This document shows positions 28,304-38,009 of a stretch of DNA of 64,000 nt, piece after piece; position 1 is the first letter of the stretch, and each line of letters opens with the position of its first letter. Under the pieces are notes generated by a model. It searched no databases. It saw nothing but the letters and a program-made list of their open reading frames with translations, and was not told the DNA's origin. The position numbers and the translations under genes were made by a program. The DNA comes from a virus. Location: IMG/VR virus record IMGVR_UViG_3300014839_000005, positions 1-64,000 of that record; one strand, 5' to 3'.

Positions 28304-28926
28304 GGTTCCAGTGGACATCCTCCTTTTAAGAGAATGTAAGCGAACCGGCGTATTAAACCGTTCACCAGATTGCGCTATAGCTGGTATCCTTTTGGGACTA
28401 GTCGCTATGTACATACCACGTTTAACCGTGGAAACGCTATATTATCGTTCTACACTCATTATGGAAAACTAGCTATATCCCCATAAATCATGTGCAAGAC
28501 AGTGACCTCTCTGGAAGATCTCCATCCAACCCCTTTCGGGACACTTCGCAAATTCTTTTGGAACTCGACGACAGAACGCCATCCGACAATATAGAGTTAG
28601 CTTTGTGACATTACTGCCACGTCCAAAGATACAGTTATTCTATATTCATATATCTTGCGATATACCAGAATATCCCTGTCTCCCGTACTAAGATAAGCTA
28701 CAATCCTTAGTTTCTACTATCTTGAGTTTTGGTTTAGCAACCAGCCTCTTAGATAATAGATGCGTTTTCACGCTGACAGATTTCCTCCCTGCTAAAGGAG
28801 ACTTCCTGTCTGTGCAATTCGAGTGTCAGGCCCCTCGAACCGAAGGTTCTTCACTCACACCTTTCCATATACATCTTACGATGCCTCACAGCCGGTAATG
28901 CATATGAGTTTTAATTCTCTGGAACG
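28304..28926 (-). ncRNA. large (~620 nt) structured ncRNA, family unassigned
   Basis: no ORF in the track; 5' GUUCCAG pairs with 3' CUGGAAC; five GNRA-capped hairpins and one C(UUCG)G, all on the minus strand; own promoter and terminator. Confidence 0.72.
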
Positions 28927-28950
28927 TAGAATAACATTGCTGTCATTATT

Positions 28951-28978
28951 GTTATTACTGATTTATTATTATAATAAC
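28951..28978 (-). promoter_or_regulatory. GTTAT-N18-ATAAC copy driving the ncRNA candidate
   Basis: exact spacing plus AATAAT -10, about 25 nt upstream of the closing stem. Confidence 0.7.
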
Positions 28979-29022
28979 AAAAAAAAGAGGCTTTTGTAAA
29001 AGCCCCTTTTTTATTATAAATC

Positions 29023-29517
29023 TTAAGCGCAAGATACAATTTCGTTAAAAATCAAATCCTTTTGCGCTAAGATTTCTTTCTTCGTGGCCTCTAAAGCGTT
29101 AATTGCTTGACGGTGTTCTTCAGCTTCAGCTTCAGTTTCTTCAATTTGCTTTTTAATAATTGCTGAAGCTTGGTTGACAAGGACCTTCGCTTCGTTAAGA
29201 AGTCTGATAGGGTCTCTTTTGCGAATCTTCACGGAAAGATCGCCATGAAATAATCGATCCTTTCCCCTGCCTCCTTGTTTTGCAACAATCACATCTGGAA
29301 TAAGTTTCTTTAAATCCAGATCAACGGTGAGAAGCGCATTGTACACGGCAGGAGAAACTATATCGTTGGTTTTATTCTCCAAAAGAGAAATTTGCGCACG
29401 TGACATACCAGTAGCGTCAGCAAGTTTTCCCTGATTCATACCTCTTTCTTCACGAAATTCACGAATTGCTGTTGAAACTCGTGAACGAACAAGTTCTGCA
29501 ATCTTTGGCATATTCAT
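29023..29517 (-). CDS. XRE-family HTH regulator with C-terminal coiled coil
   Basis: IREFREERGMNQGKLADATGMSRAQISLLEN. Confidence 0.82.
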   Translation of the reverse strand: MNMPKIAELVRSRVSTAIREFREERGMNQGKLADATGMSRAQISLLENKTNDIVSPAVYNALLTVDLDLKKLIPDVIVAKQGGRGKDRLFHGDLSVKIRKRDPIRLLNEAKVLVNQASAIIKKQIEETEAEAEEHRQAINALEATKKEILAQKDLIFNEIVSCA

Positions 29518-29562
29518 CTCCTTTTTTTTGATGTAATGCTTTATTACATTACATATTTAATA

Positions 29563-29841
29563 TTAATCCTGGTAATTAAGATACATATTGATGGTACTTC
29601 GAAATCCGATAAGAACATCCCTATTTCTGATCATATTTCCATCAATAGTAACTTTTTCAAGTTTTGACCATTCATGAAAAGTTTCCAGTACCTGGCCGAT
29701 TTTTTGAGTGACAATAGCGGCATTTTTCCTTTCAATATCACTCATAATCATCTCAGGATTTGCTGCAATAGTTACTACTAGAGGCTCAACAACTGCTACC
29801 ATCATCATTAAAGCTTGACTCATTGTTTCTGAATTATTCAT
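29563..29841 (-). CDS. hypothetical protein
   Basis: 92-aa ORF downstream of a promoter copy. Confidence 0.55.
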   Translation of the reverse strand: MNNSETMSQALMMMVAVVEPLVVTIAANPEMIMSDIERKNAAIVTQKIGQVLETFHEWSKLEKVTIDGNMIRNRDVLIGFRSTINMYLNYQD

Positions 29842-29893
29842 AAAAATTCCTTTGTTAATATTGTATAATGCGTTATTGCATCACACTATTATA

Positions 29894-29921
29894 GTTATAC
29901 CATATAATGGTTGATAATAAC
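29894..29921 (-). promoter_or_regulatory. GTTAT-N18-ATAAC copy with TATAAT
   Basis: exact spacing. Confidence 0.7.
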
Positions 29922-30159
29922 TAAAAAAAAGGGGGCCCTAAAGCCCCCAAATAATAGCGTCAGCTATTATTCTTACGCAGCAATTTTTTCATGCTTATGG
30001 TCATGACTTTTGCTTTTCTTCTGGGCCGCCATCACCTCGTCGTGTTGACGGGCTTTTCGTTCTTCGTCAGTTTCCGGCTGATACCGATGGGATCCGTCGC
30101 CACACATAGACAACCTCCTGAAAAAAGTGTTAATAGAATAGATTAAACTGTCCATTATA

Positions 30160-30187
30160 GTTATTCCAAATAATAGAAATTAATAAC
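30160..30187 (-). promoter_or_regulatory. GTTAT-N18-ATAAC copy with TATAAT
   Basis: exact spacing; implies the 29973-30155 ORF starts at the later Met (MCGDG, GGAGG SD). Confidence 0.7.
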
Positions 30188-30234
30188 ACTTTTTTATATT
30201 TAACCAAAGGTTCATTTTGAACCTTTGGTTTTTT

Positions 30235-30444
30235 TTAAATACAAGTAGGTTCTTTTTCCTTCGGTTCAACGTAATAACGCAGTATTGCTTGAAGTAATAT
30301 AAATCCGCCAAGAAATACAATCCCGATAATGCCCACAATTAAGGCTATTTTATTTTTAGCCATAAACCTCATTAAAGGATCAAAGTCATCCTTAATGTTA
30401 TTCAATTGTTTAATTAACATTTTTTTAATTGATTTAATATTCAT
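30235..30444 (-). CDS. small membrane protein
   Basis: one hydrophobic helix IALIVGIIGIVFLGGFILL. Confidence 0.55.
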   Translation of the reverse strand: MNIKSIKKMLIKQLNNIKDDFDPLMRFMAKNKIALIVGIIGIVFLGGFILLQAILRYYVEPKEKEPTCI

Positions 30445-30789
30445 AATTTTCTCCAGATTTAAGTGACTTACAACGATTTTGACTCAAAAAAAATTTCTCC
30501 AAATTTTAAACGATTAAGTTTACATAATATTTTATTAAACGCTTAAACTCAATAAGACCCCTTTCATTGATGAAAAATGTAATTTACAAAATGATAGTAA
30601 AAATTTAACGTTAAGTAGAATTCAGTCACTATATTAAAAACCTATTCTTTTTTCTATCTTAATACAAAATATTCTTTTTTTAACAGAAAATTGAATAGTG
30701 ATTGGAGAAAAATATTCTCATTTGTCAAATTTTTAACATGGGTATAACTTAAGTTATGATATGGGTTTAGAAACTTGGCTCGATTTTTG

Positions 30790-30865
30790 CTTAATTTATA
30801 TTATATATATATATAATAATATAATAATAGTATAGATAGATATATATATATGATATATAACATTA
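30790..30865. repeat. almost pure A/T tract with (AT)n runs
   Basis: TTATATATATATATAATAATATAATAATAGTATAGATAGATATATATATA. Confidence 0.7.
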
Positions 30866-31211
30866 AGAACGTCCAACTGGTCTACATTCTCTCTTTTTTT
30901 TTGTTTGTGAATGTAGTTGATTTATGCTTAGTTTTTGCCCTCTTTTTATTCAGTGTGTGTGCGGGAGAGAGAGAGACATTATGTTGGAGGTGTCGCCGAG
31001 TTGGACGTTACCTAAAGCTTTAATCTTGAATTGTAAGTCATTAAAAAAAACCATACGTTATTGTATGGTTATGAAAATTATTAATTCAATAAATAGTGTT
31101 ATTGCTATTTTTGAAGATTGACTTGTTTTAGAAAAAAATAATCGCCATCATGATTTGGAAAATCATGATAACCACCTCCTCTCAATCAAAGGAGATAAAC
31201 TGTACAATATA

Positions 31212-31239
31212 GTTATTCCTTAAAAACTGAGGAAATAAC
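31212..31239 (-). promoter_or_regulatory. GTTAT-N18-ATAAC copy with TATATT
   Basis: exact spacing. Confidence 0.65.
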
Positions 31240-31727
31240 TATGCCGGTTTCTTTCTTGCTAGAAATTTCAATACTCCATAAATACCGCCAAGAGCAGCCC
31301 CTAAAGCAGAAATAGCTTCAAAGATCTTTGTAAGCATATCCACGATATCTTTACTGGATTTGGCAGAATCTTTTAAATTCGTTAATACCTCAGTCGCTGT
31401 CTTAATTTGATTTTCAAGATTATAGATTTTTTGATCATATAATCTTATATCTTTTAAATAAACCATATATGGAACATATTTACCTCGTCCTAATGGATGT
31501 GGGTAATCAGGAACCATCGCATCTGAATCTCTTACTGTCTTTTCAACTCTTTTAAGAATAGTTCTTTGTCCAGACCCTGATCTGAGTAAAAATCCACCAG
31601 AACCATCCTCTTTCATTTTTCCTGATTCTATCAATAAGGTATCTAATTTTGTGTCAGGATATGCTAAAAGTGGTATACAGGCTAGGAGGAAACAAGTCAT
31701 TAATAGGACGCTTATTTTTTTCATCAT
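31239..31727 (-). CDS. secreted/membrane protein (signal peptide, coiled coil, C-terminal TM helix)
   Basis: MMKKISVLLMTCFLLACIPLLA; C-terminal AISALGAALGGIYGVL. Confidence 0.6.
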   Translation of the reverse strand: MMKKISVLLMTCFLLACIPLLAYPDTKLDTLLIESGKMKEDGSGGFLLRSGSGQRTILKRVEKTVRDSDAMVPDYPHPLGRGKYVPYMVYLKDIRLYDQKIYNLENQIKTATEVLTNLKDSAKSSKDIVDMLTKIFEAISALGAALGGIYGVLKFLARKKPA

Positions 31728-32107
31728 TACCCCCTTTGTTCAGGTTGAGGAGAAAACGCTAATTGAACAATATTAGCTAATTCATCTTTAATATTTAATT
31801 TTAATTCTGATACATCTTCAGTTAATTCTATATTACCATTATTATCTACAACAGTAAAGACCCATCCTGCTGCATATCCAAGACTATCAGGAGCTGCAGA
31901 TCCATGTTTAAGATTTTGACAAATATAGGCCTCAGCTATTACAGTTCCCGCATAATCAAGGTTAAACCAATAATATCGATCTTCAGCACATGAAGATAAT
32001 ACATATATTTTAGCATTATCTATAAATTTATTATGTATTCTACAAGTCACCTTATCACCTGTTTTGAATACCTGTCCATTATAGATAAAACTAGCTCCTA
32101 TTCCCAT
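31727..32107 (-). CDS. paralog array member 1
   Basis: YNGQVFKTGDKVTCRI...DNAKIY...YICQN...LGY...W. Confidence 0.75.
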   Translation of the reverse strand: MGIGASFIYNGQVFKTGDKVTCRIHNKFIDNAKIYVLSSCAEDRYYWFNLDYAGTVIAEAYICQNLKHGSAAPDSLGYAAGWVFTVVDNNGNIELTEDVSELKLNIKDELANIVQLAFSPQPEQRG

Positions 32108-32465
32108 TAATTAACTCCTTATATGTTAAAATTTTAGGAAAAGCATTAACAAGAATATATTCAAAACAATCTGGTAATTTTAATTTCTTAATACCACATA
32201 CATCAGAACTTCTAAGTTGAAATAATGGATGAACATAAAAAGCCCAGCTCCATTTAAAACCTAAACGATCTGGGGCTTTCTCACCATCATAATAATTTTG
32301 ACATATATAACATAAGACACTACTATCTGATGTTTTTATTTTTGTTATATATATTGCAGTAGTTTCTATAAAAGATCCTTGTATGTGGCATGATATTTTA
32401 TCACCTGTTTTATATAATACACCATTAATTGATAATGTATTAAAATGATTAGTATTTTCTTCCAT
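32091..32465 (-). CDS. paralog array member 2
   Basis: NGVLYKTGDKISC...YICQN...LGF.WSW...CFEYIL.NAFP. Confidence 0.75.
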   Translation of the reverse strand: MEENTNHFNTLSINGVLYKTGDKISCHIQGSFIETTAIYITKIKTSDSSVLCYICQNYYDGEKAPDRLGFKWSWAFYVHPLFQLRSSDVCGIKKLKLPDCFEYILVNAFPKILTYKELINGNRS

Positions 32466-32467
32466 AG

Positions 32468-32764
32468 TTACCTCGTAGGGAAAGCTGTTTCAAGAATACT
32501 TTCAAAACAGTCTGTATTTAATTTTTTAACATTGAACAGTTTAAATTCACTTGAATGTATTGCATATGAATAACGATATCCAAATTTATTTAAACAATCC
32601 CAACCTTGTACAATATTTTGACAAAGAAAAAAATATGACTCTTCACGATTAAGTCTTGCATCTTTAATTGTGCGAAACACTCCATCATTACGCAATATCT
32701 CGAATGAAACATAATCTCCTATCTTAAATTTAATTCCATTAATTATAAAAGTTTCTTTATCCAT
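32468..32764 (-). CDS. paralog array member 3
   Basis: NGIKFKIGD...FLCQN...FGY...CFESILETAFP. Confidence 0.72.
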   Translation of the reverse strand: MDKETFIINGIKFKIGDYVSFEILRNDGVFRTIKDARLNREESYFFLCQNIVQGWDCLNKFGYRYSYAIHSSEFKLFNVKKLNTDCFESILETAFPTR

Positions 32765-32766
32765 TG

Positions 32767-33053
32767 TTAATTCCTTGCATTAGGAAATGATTTATCCAAG
32801 ATCTCTTCAAAACAATTTAAATTTGATTTTTTTTGTAAATTATCAACATGATCTGTTGGCAATCCAAATAATATATTGAAAGACCAACTGCGTTTATATC
32901 CTAGATTATTAGGAGAACGATTGCCATTTTTAAAATTTTGACAGATATATCCTATTCCACCACCAATATTTCAGTTTCTACTATAGTACAAGTAATCTGA
33001 TCTCCTGTTTTGAATTTTTACCCATTATAACAAAAAAAGTCACCTGCAGCCAT
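32767..33053 (-). pseudogene. paralog array member 4, inactivated
   Basis: MAAGDFFCYNG*KFKTGD (in-frame TAA at 33018-33020), then frameshift to GYICQNFKNGNRSPNNLGYKRSW...CFEEILDKSFP. Confidence 0.75.
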
Positions 33054-33054
33054 A

Positions 33055-33384
33055 TTATTCTCCTATACGAGGAAAAGATTTATCTAATATTCCTTTAAAA
33101 CAATCTGTTGTTACTTTTTCTAAACCCCTTACTTGGTCATATATATAATCACCATTAACTGCAAATGCCCAACTATATTTATAACCAAACTGCCGAGGAG
33201 ATCTATTACCATTTTGTTTATTTTGACATATATATGCAGTCGTTCCATCGCTGGTTTTACTCTCTATATCATCTAACACATACAATACTGCATCAGTTAT
33301 AAAAGAACCATTTATATTACAACGGACATGATCTTTTGTTTTAAATTTTTGTCCATTATAATAAAAGAAACTATCCATAGCCAT
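33055..33384 (-). CDS. paralog array member 5
   Basis: YNGQKFKTKD...YICQNKQNGNRSP..FGYKYSW...CFKGILDKSFP. Confidence 0.75.
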   Translation of the reverse strand: MAMDSFFYYNGQKFKTKDHVRCNINGSFITDAVLYVLDDIESKTSDGTTAYICQNKQNGNRSPRQFGYKYSWAFAVNGDYIYDQVRGLEKVTTDCFKGILDKSFPRIGE

Positions 33385-33385
33385 A

Positions 33386-33817
33386 TTATTCTCCTATAGC
33401 TTTTGCAAATTTTTCATTTTCTTGAGTAATGAAATTATCAATAAGAATAGCGAGATTATCTTGATTAGGAATAGGTTTATAAAAAGGGCTAATATATGGA
33501 ACTTTATAAAGAGTAAAGTCTTTAATTGGCTGATCAAAGGTTCCTGTAGCTACCGTAACTATTGTAGCATAAACATGCCGATATCCTAGATATTTTCTAT
33601 CATTATCACCATCGCCACTGTCTATTTTATTATTACAAATAAAAATATATCTATCCCCATTATCAAAATCCATCTCATCATAAGCATCAGTATCAGATTC
33701 TCTTTTTGAATGGATATAGATTTTAGCATCATTAATTTTAGTACGACGAATAATACAAGTAATTTTATCACCAGTTTTATAAGTGACACCTTCTAAGCGC
33801 ATAGTAGTATCTTTCAT
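33386..33817 (-). CDS. paralog array member 6
   Basis: GVTYKTGDKITC...DAKIY...FICNN...LGY. Confidence 0.72.
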   Translation of the reverse strand: MKDTTMRLEGVTYKTGDKITCIIRRTKINDAKIYIHSKRESDTDAYDEMDFDNGDRYIFICNNKIDSGDGDNDRKYLGYRHVYATIVTVATGTFDQPIKDFTLYKVPYISPFYKPIPNQDNLAILIDNFITQENEKFAKAIGE

Positions 33818-34224
33818 GATTTATATACTCCTTCAATAGATAATTTATCTTTTAATATCATTTGGTCTATTACTTCTTTTAATTTATCTTTTTCCACTTT
33901 TTCAAATTTAGTGACACCATCAGACCAAGAAGGAAATGGTGTACCAAAGTACGTTGATTCAAGCAATCCTGTTCCAATAGCAAATTTATAGCCTAATAAA
34001 TTAGGGTTCCATATGTGAGTTTCTGGATTCCAACTTGATCTTTCATTATTACAAATAAATATAATTGGTTTAAAATGATTTACAGCACCAGCTACCCTTA
34101 TCATTTCTTCACAAGAGCAAATATAAACTTTAGCTTCATTAATATTATGTCCATTATAGATGCATTTAACAGCATCTCCAGTTTGTATGATTTGATTTTT
34201 ATATTCAAAAAAACTATCCATCAT
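33814..34224 (-). CDS. paralog array member 7
   Basis: TGDAVKC...EAKVY...FICNN...LGY. Confidence 0.72.
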   Translation of the reverse strand: MMDSFFEYKNQIIQTGDAVKCIYNGHNINEAKVYICSCEEMIRVAGAVNHFKPIIFICNNERSSWNPETHIWNPNLLGYKFAIGTGLLESTYFGTPFPSWSDGVTKFEKVEKDKLKEVIDQMILKDKLSIEGVYKS

Positions 34225-34628
34225 ATATTTATCACTCCTTTTTCAATTGCTAATTTATCACGAGATACCATAACATCAATAAGATTTTTTAATTCATCTT
34301 TAATTTTAATTTTATGTTGAACATCTGTAACATGATCACTCCAGACATTACCTTCAAATTTATTAATTAAAGCTGCAGTAAAAGCTTTTTCATATCCAAA
34401 ACCACCAGGATAGGGACTTTCTCCCAGATGATTATCATAAAAATTATTATATACAAACATGACACCAAGCCAAACGCGATTTCGTCCCCATATTTCCATT
34501 ATTTCTGCTTCAGAACATACATAAATTTTAGCATCTGGTATGAAAGAACCATTTATTTTACAAGAAATTGAATCCCCCGTTTTAAATACCTCACCATTAT
34601 AGATTATAAAATCAATTTTCATAGACAA
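34221..34628 (-). CDS. paralog array member 8
   Basis: YNGEVFKTGDSISC...DAKIY...FGY. Confidence 0.72.
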   Translation of the reverse strand: MSMKIDFIIYNGEVFKTGDSISCKINGSFIPDAKIYVCSEAEIMEIWGRNRVWLGVMFVYNNFYDNHLGESPYPGGFGYEKAFTAALINKFEGNVWSDHVTDVQHKIKIKDELKNLIDVMVSRDKLAIEKGVINI

Positions 34629-34693
34629 TATCCTCCTATAGGCTTTATATATAAAAAAGCAATCATTGTCCCAATTAATGTTAAAAGATTAGT

Positions 34694-35485
34694 TTATACT
34701 TCTACAAACTTGGAAAGCTGGGTTCCGCAACGCCCACAAAACTTATTGCCGTAAGGGTTGCTCTTACCACACTGGCCGCAATAAACATGTCTCGTTTTCT
34801 CTACAGTGATAGGTTCTTGCCTTCCCATCAGTTGAAGTCTAATAATGGTTGGTGAACCATCTTTTCCTTCAAATGATGTTCTTCCAAAAACCTGACCAGA
34901 CATTGAACCTGGAACTGTAGCGCCAGGTGTACCGGCAGTAAATGTAACATTTTGTGCTCCCATCATAGAGTTGGTGCTACATTTTGCATTTCCAGTAGAA
35001 TTTGAACATGAGTAAAAAGAATTAATACTCTGTCCACCTCTACTACAAATACTGCCGCCATCGTTGCATGGAACGTAGGGTTTAGGATAAAACCCAGAAT
35101 CAGGAACGATATAATTGAAATAAACAGTCTTCTGGATTTCCTTCCAGAATTTTACTTCAATTAATCCATTTTCAGGACTGTTTGGGTCCTGAACTTCACT
35201 ATGACACAAAGGCACAAATTTAAAGCGGTTGCCTCGAAGCATGTCCCCATCAACGAGGAACCGCTCTAAATCCACTGAGGAATAAGAATGAAGGATGAGT
35301 TCATCTCCGCCCAGAACGTCTGTTCCGTCGATACTGACGGAGCAACAGGCGCGTTGCCAGTTGTCGTTCTTAAGAAGGAGACTATACTCGGAATTGAAAG
35401 GCAGATAGACCTTGCCGGCAATTTCCCTAAGGACTTTTTTGTTGGAATCTTTAACGGCGAGGACGAAGTTATTGGAGTGCATCAT
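34694..35485 (-). CDS. conserved-looking phage protein with C-terminal double Zn ribbon
   Basis: beta-rich N-domain (EYSLLLKN...VSIDG...LERF...RFKF); CGQCG...CGRCG. Confidence 0.65.
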   Translation of the reverse strand: MMHSNNFVLAVKDSNKKVLREIAGKVYLPFNSEYSLLLKNDNWQRACCSVSIDGTDVLGGDELILHSYSSVDLERFLVDGDMLRGNRFKFVPLCHSEVQDPNSPENGLIEVKFWKEIQKTVYFNYIVPDSGFYPKPYVPCNDGGSICSRGGQSINSFYSCSNSTGNAKCSTNSMMGAQNVTFTAGTPGATVPGSMSGQVFGRTSFEGKDGSPTIIRLQLMGRQEPITVEKTRHVYCGQCGKSNPYGNKFCGRCGTQLSKFVEV

Positions 35486-35595
35486 TGTATGACTTTCTAT
35501 GGGTATACTGACCAGACACCCAGTATTCTTAAGGTCAGTTGGGACAATGATTGCTTGGATAGAAATATAATGATTATTCCAATAATCTGCAAGAA

Positions 35596-36018
35596 TTATC
35601 GATAAAATAAATTACTTAAATGATCTAATATATACTGGTCTCTGCTATCTAAGTGTGCCCAACGACATACAAATTTTAAACACATTCCTGATCTTAGCCG
35701 TTTAGGAAGGCGACAACCCTTTCCAGGTTCAAAGAAGCCTAAAGGACCCCAACACAATTTATATGTCTCCATTTCGCTTTCAGGAATAAATTGTAAATAT
35801 CCAAAATTTTCATAGCATTTAGTGCAACAGCACCCCGCCTCTACAAATGTGTCGCCCTTACCTTTTTGTGCTCTTGCTCTAATACATTGTCCATCTTTGA
35901 AATCACATTTAAAGCCTAAAAGATCCTGAATACTAGCCGCATGTTCGTGGGTTTTTATTTGAATATCTCTCATAGAGCTTACTTTTGTTTTTAATGCATC
36001 AAGTTTATGCATAGTCAT
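35596..36018 (-). CDS. Cys-rich hypothetical protein
   Basis: C...C...CCTKC...GC.L....RSGMC...C. Confidence 0.6.
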   Translation of the reverse strand: MTMHKLDALKTKVSSMRDIQIKTHEHAASIQDLLGFKCDFKDGQCIRARAQKGKGDTFVEAGCCCTKCYENFGYLQFIPESEMETYKLCWGPLGFFEPGKGCRLPKRLRSGMCLKFVCRWAHLDSRDQYILDHLSNLFYR

Positions 36019-36303
36019 CCTTTTGTTTTATTTTTTTATTCGTTTTTCAATAGTTGGTCTTACCTCATTCCACTCAAGAGCATATCCAAATAACTCCTGA
36101 GGATTTTTTTTAAGACACATAAAACCTTTACGAACTGCGCAAGTTCGACGAGGGCTACTGTAATGCAGTGTTTCTAATTTATTTGATACTTCCTCAAAGT
36201 CAGGACATGATCTCTTATCTTCAGCAAACATATAACAACAACACTGAATGATTCTTTGAATAGGCATAATTTTCCTTTTTTGAAATTGTTTAGATATTTT
36301 AAA

Positions 36304-36990
36304 TTAAGGTCTTTTTCTATCAGGAGGAATGAGTGCTTGTATTTCAGGTGGAAAATGTTTAATTCTTTCTTCTGTTTTATTATACAAATCAACAAATGGA
36401 TATCCGCAAGTTCTGTCCTTATGATCCTGATGAGTGGTAAGCCATGGAAATGGTCTTTCTACCCATGGAATAATAAATGTTCCCATTTCATCCAATTCTT
36501 GAATTCTGGATAAGACTCCTTCTCTGCAGTCGGTATATCTGACATCAATACCTTCGTCAGTTCTATGACCGCTGCCATGGACCCAGAAATTAGGATCATT
36601 TGATTTAAAATTATAGCACCAATCTCCTCCATTAAGTCCTTTTTTAATCATTGTAAAAGTATCAAAATGGAGTAGAATTCCTCTGGTTTTTTCCCAGAAA
36701 CAATAAAAATCTTCTTCTTTCTTAGAGGCTTCGCTGATAAATTTTTCTTGATAAATCTGAACAAATCCCATTTCAAGAAATGTTTTAATATATCCCTCTA
36801 AAGACATATTAAAACAAACATCATTATTTTGAAGAAGAAGTTGTTTTTTAACGTCGGAATGATCCATGTGCGCTAACATGCCAAGTAGTGTAGTTGTTTC
36901 ATCACTTTGACAATCCTTGCCAGTAAAATTTTCGGCAAAAGCTAATGGATCAAACTCCAAAGCTTCCTTGATTAATTTGTTTAAATTCAT
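36304..36990 (-). CDS. hypothetical protein
   Basis: 228-aa ORF tiling the operon. Confidence 0.65.
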   Translation of the reverse strand: MNLNKLIKEALEFDPLAFAENFTGKDCQSDETTTLLGMLAHMDHSDVKKQLLLQNNDVCFNMSLEGYIKTFLEMGFVQIYQEKFISEASKKEEDFYCFWEKTRGILLHFDTFTMIKKGLNGGDWCYNFKSNDPNFWVHGSGHRTDEGIDVRYTDCREGVLSRIQELDEMGTFIIPWVERPFPWLTTHQDHKDRTCGYPFVDLYNKTEERIKHFPPEIQALIPPDRKRP

Positions 36991-37259
36991 TTGATTCCCC
37001 CTTCAGGAAATGCGTTTTCAACTATATGGTCAAGTGGTTTTTTATCTTGTTCAATTTGTTTTATAACCTTTTGATTAGCTTCTTCTACACAGTAATCATC
37101 TATTTCAAAACTATCATCCATAAACTCTGCATTGTCATATGGAAGTCCTGCATTTCTTGCTGCTTCTATAGCTTCTTCAAGATTTTTTGCTTGAACATAT
37201 ATACTTCCGTAATTACTCCACGAGCATGGAATCCTGAATTCATAAAGTTTATCAGACAT
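36987..37259 (-). CDS. hypothetical protein sharing the C-terminal L..IV.NAFP tail of the paralog array
   Basis: PLDHIVENAFPEG. Confidence 0.6.
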   Translation of the reverse strand: MSDKLYEFRIPCSWSNYGSIYVQAKNLEEAIEAARNAGLPYDNAEFMDDSFEIDDYCVEEANQKVIKQIEQDKKPLDHIVENAFPEGGIK

Positions 37260-37502
37260 AACTACCTCTTAATCAGCCATTAACTGTTCGGGTTGGATTT
37301 CTGTATTTTCATCACAATCAAAACATTTGCGCAATTCCTTCATCGGGGCTCTACAATGTTCAGCTGCATCAGATGCCACTTCTGGTTCTGCGCCATCCTT
37401 GATATACATATTATAAAGAACTACTCTTTTTTGAAGTATATTTAAATCTCGCATTTTCATATATTCCTCCAAGTTAAGTTAATAACAAATGATTCCATTA
37501 TT

Positions 37503-37530
37503 GTTATTACCTAATACCTAAAAAAATAAC
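37503..37530 (-). promoter_or_regulatory. GTTAT-N18-ATAAC copy with AATAAT
   Basis: exact spacing; abuts terminator ATAACTGCCA/TGGCAGTTAT. Confidence 0.7.
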
Positions 37531-38009
37531 TGCCATAAGATTGGCAGTTATCTTTTTTTTACTTGCGTTTTTTAGGACGCTTAGGAGTGACTTTTTTAGG
37601 CGATTTTTTAACTTTTGGCATTGGAGGTGATAGTTGTAGATAGCCAAAATTAAGACCAAGGAAGTGTGTACTGTATGTTCTTATTTTTTCGGGATGAACA
37701 GTGGGCGACGAAAAACGAACATAGTCTTGAATTGCTTTGTAATCACTAATTCCTGGAGCTTTCCTGAATTCCAGGCGTAGGATTACTTCTACTATTCTGG
37801 TTTCAGGATTGAGACCCATGTTTTTTTACTTTCTTTTTGAGTAAGTTAATATTATAGTGATTAAAGTATTTCATTTTAACAACACAGCCATCGGCATTTA
37901 ATGGCTCTCCCATCCAATCTACTCCTTTTGCCAGATACTTTCCTAAGTCAACCTTTTTACCATAATGCACTTTAACGATGAATGAAACGATAATTTCTTC
38001 GGTTGGCAT

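Noticed and set aside
28304-28926. RNase P, tmRNA or group I intron identity for the large ncRNA
   Set aside because: Only partial look-alikes (GAGGAAATC versus GAGGAAAGTC); no tRNA-like ends or tag ORF; it does not interrupt a gene. Left unassigned pending cmscan.
30924-31121. 65-aa plus-strand ORF
   Set aside because: No SD, opposite to the local gene direction, low-complexity context.
33018-33020. in-frame TAA as a sign of stop-codon reassignment
   Set aside because: A single case in a gene that is also frameshifted; all long genes read and end normally in code 11.
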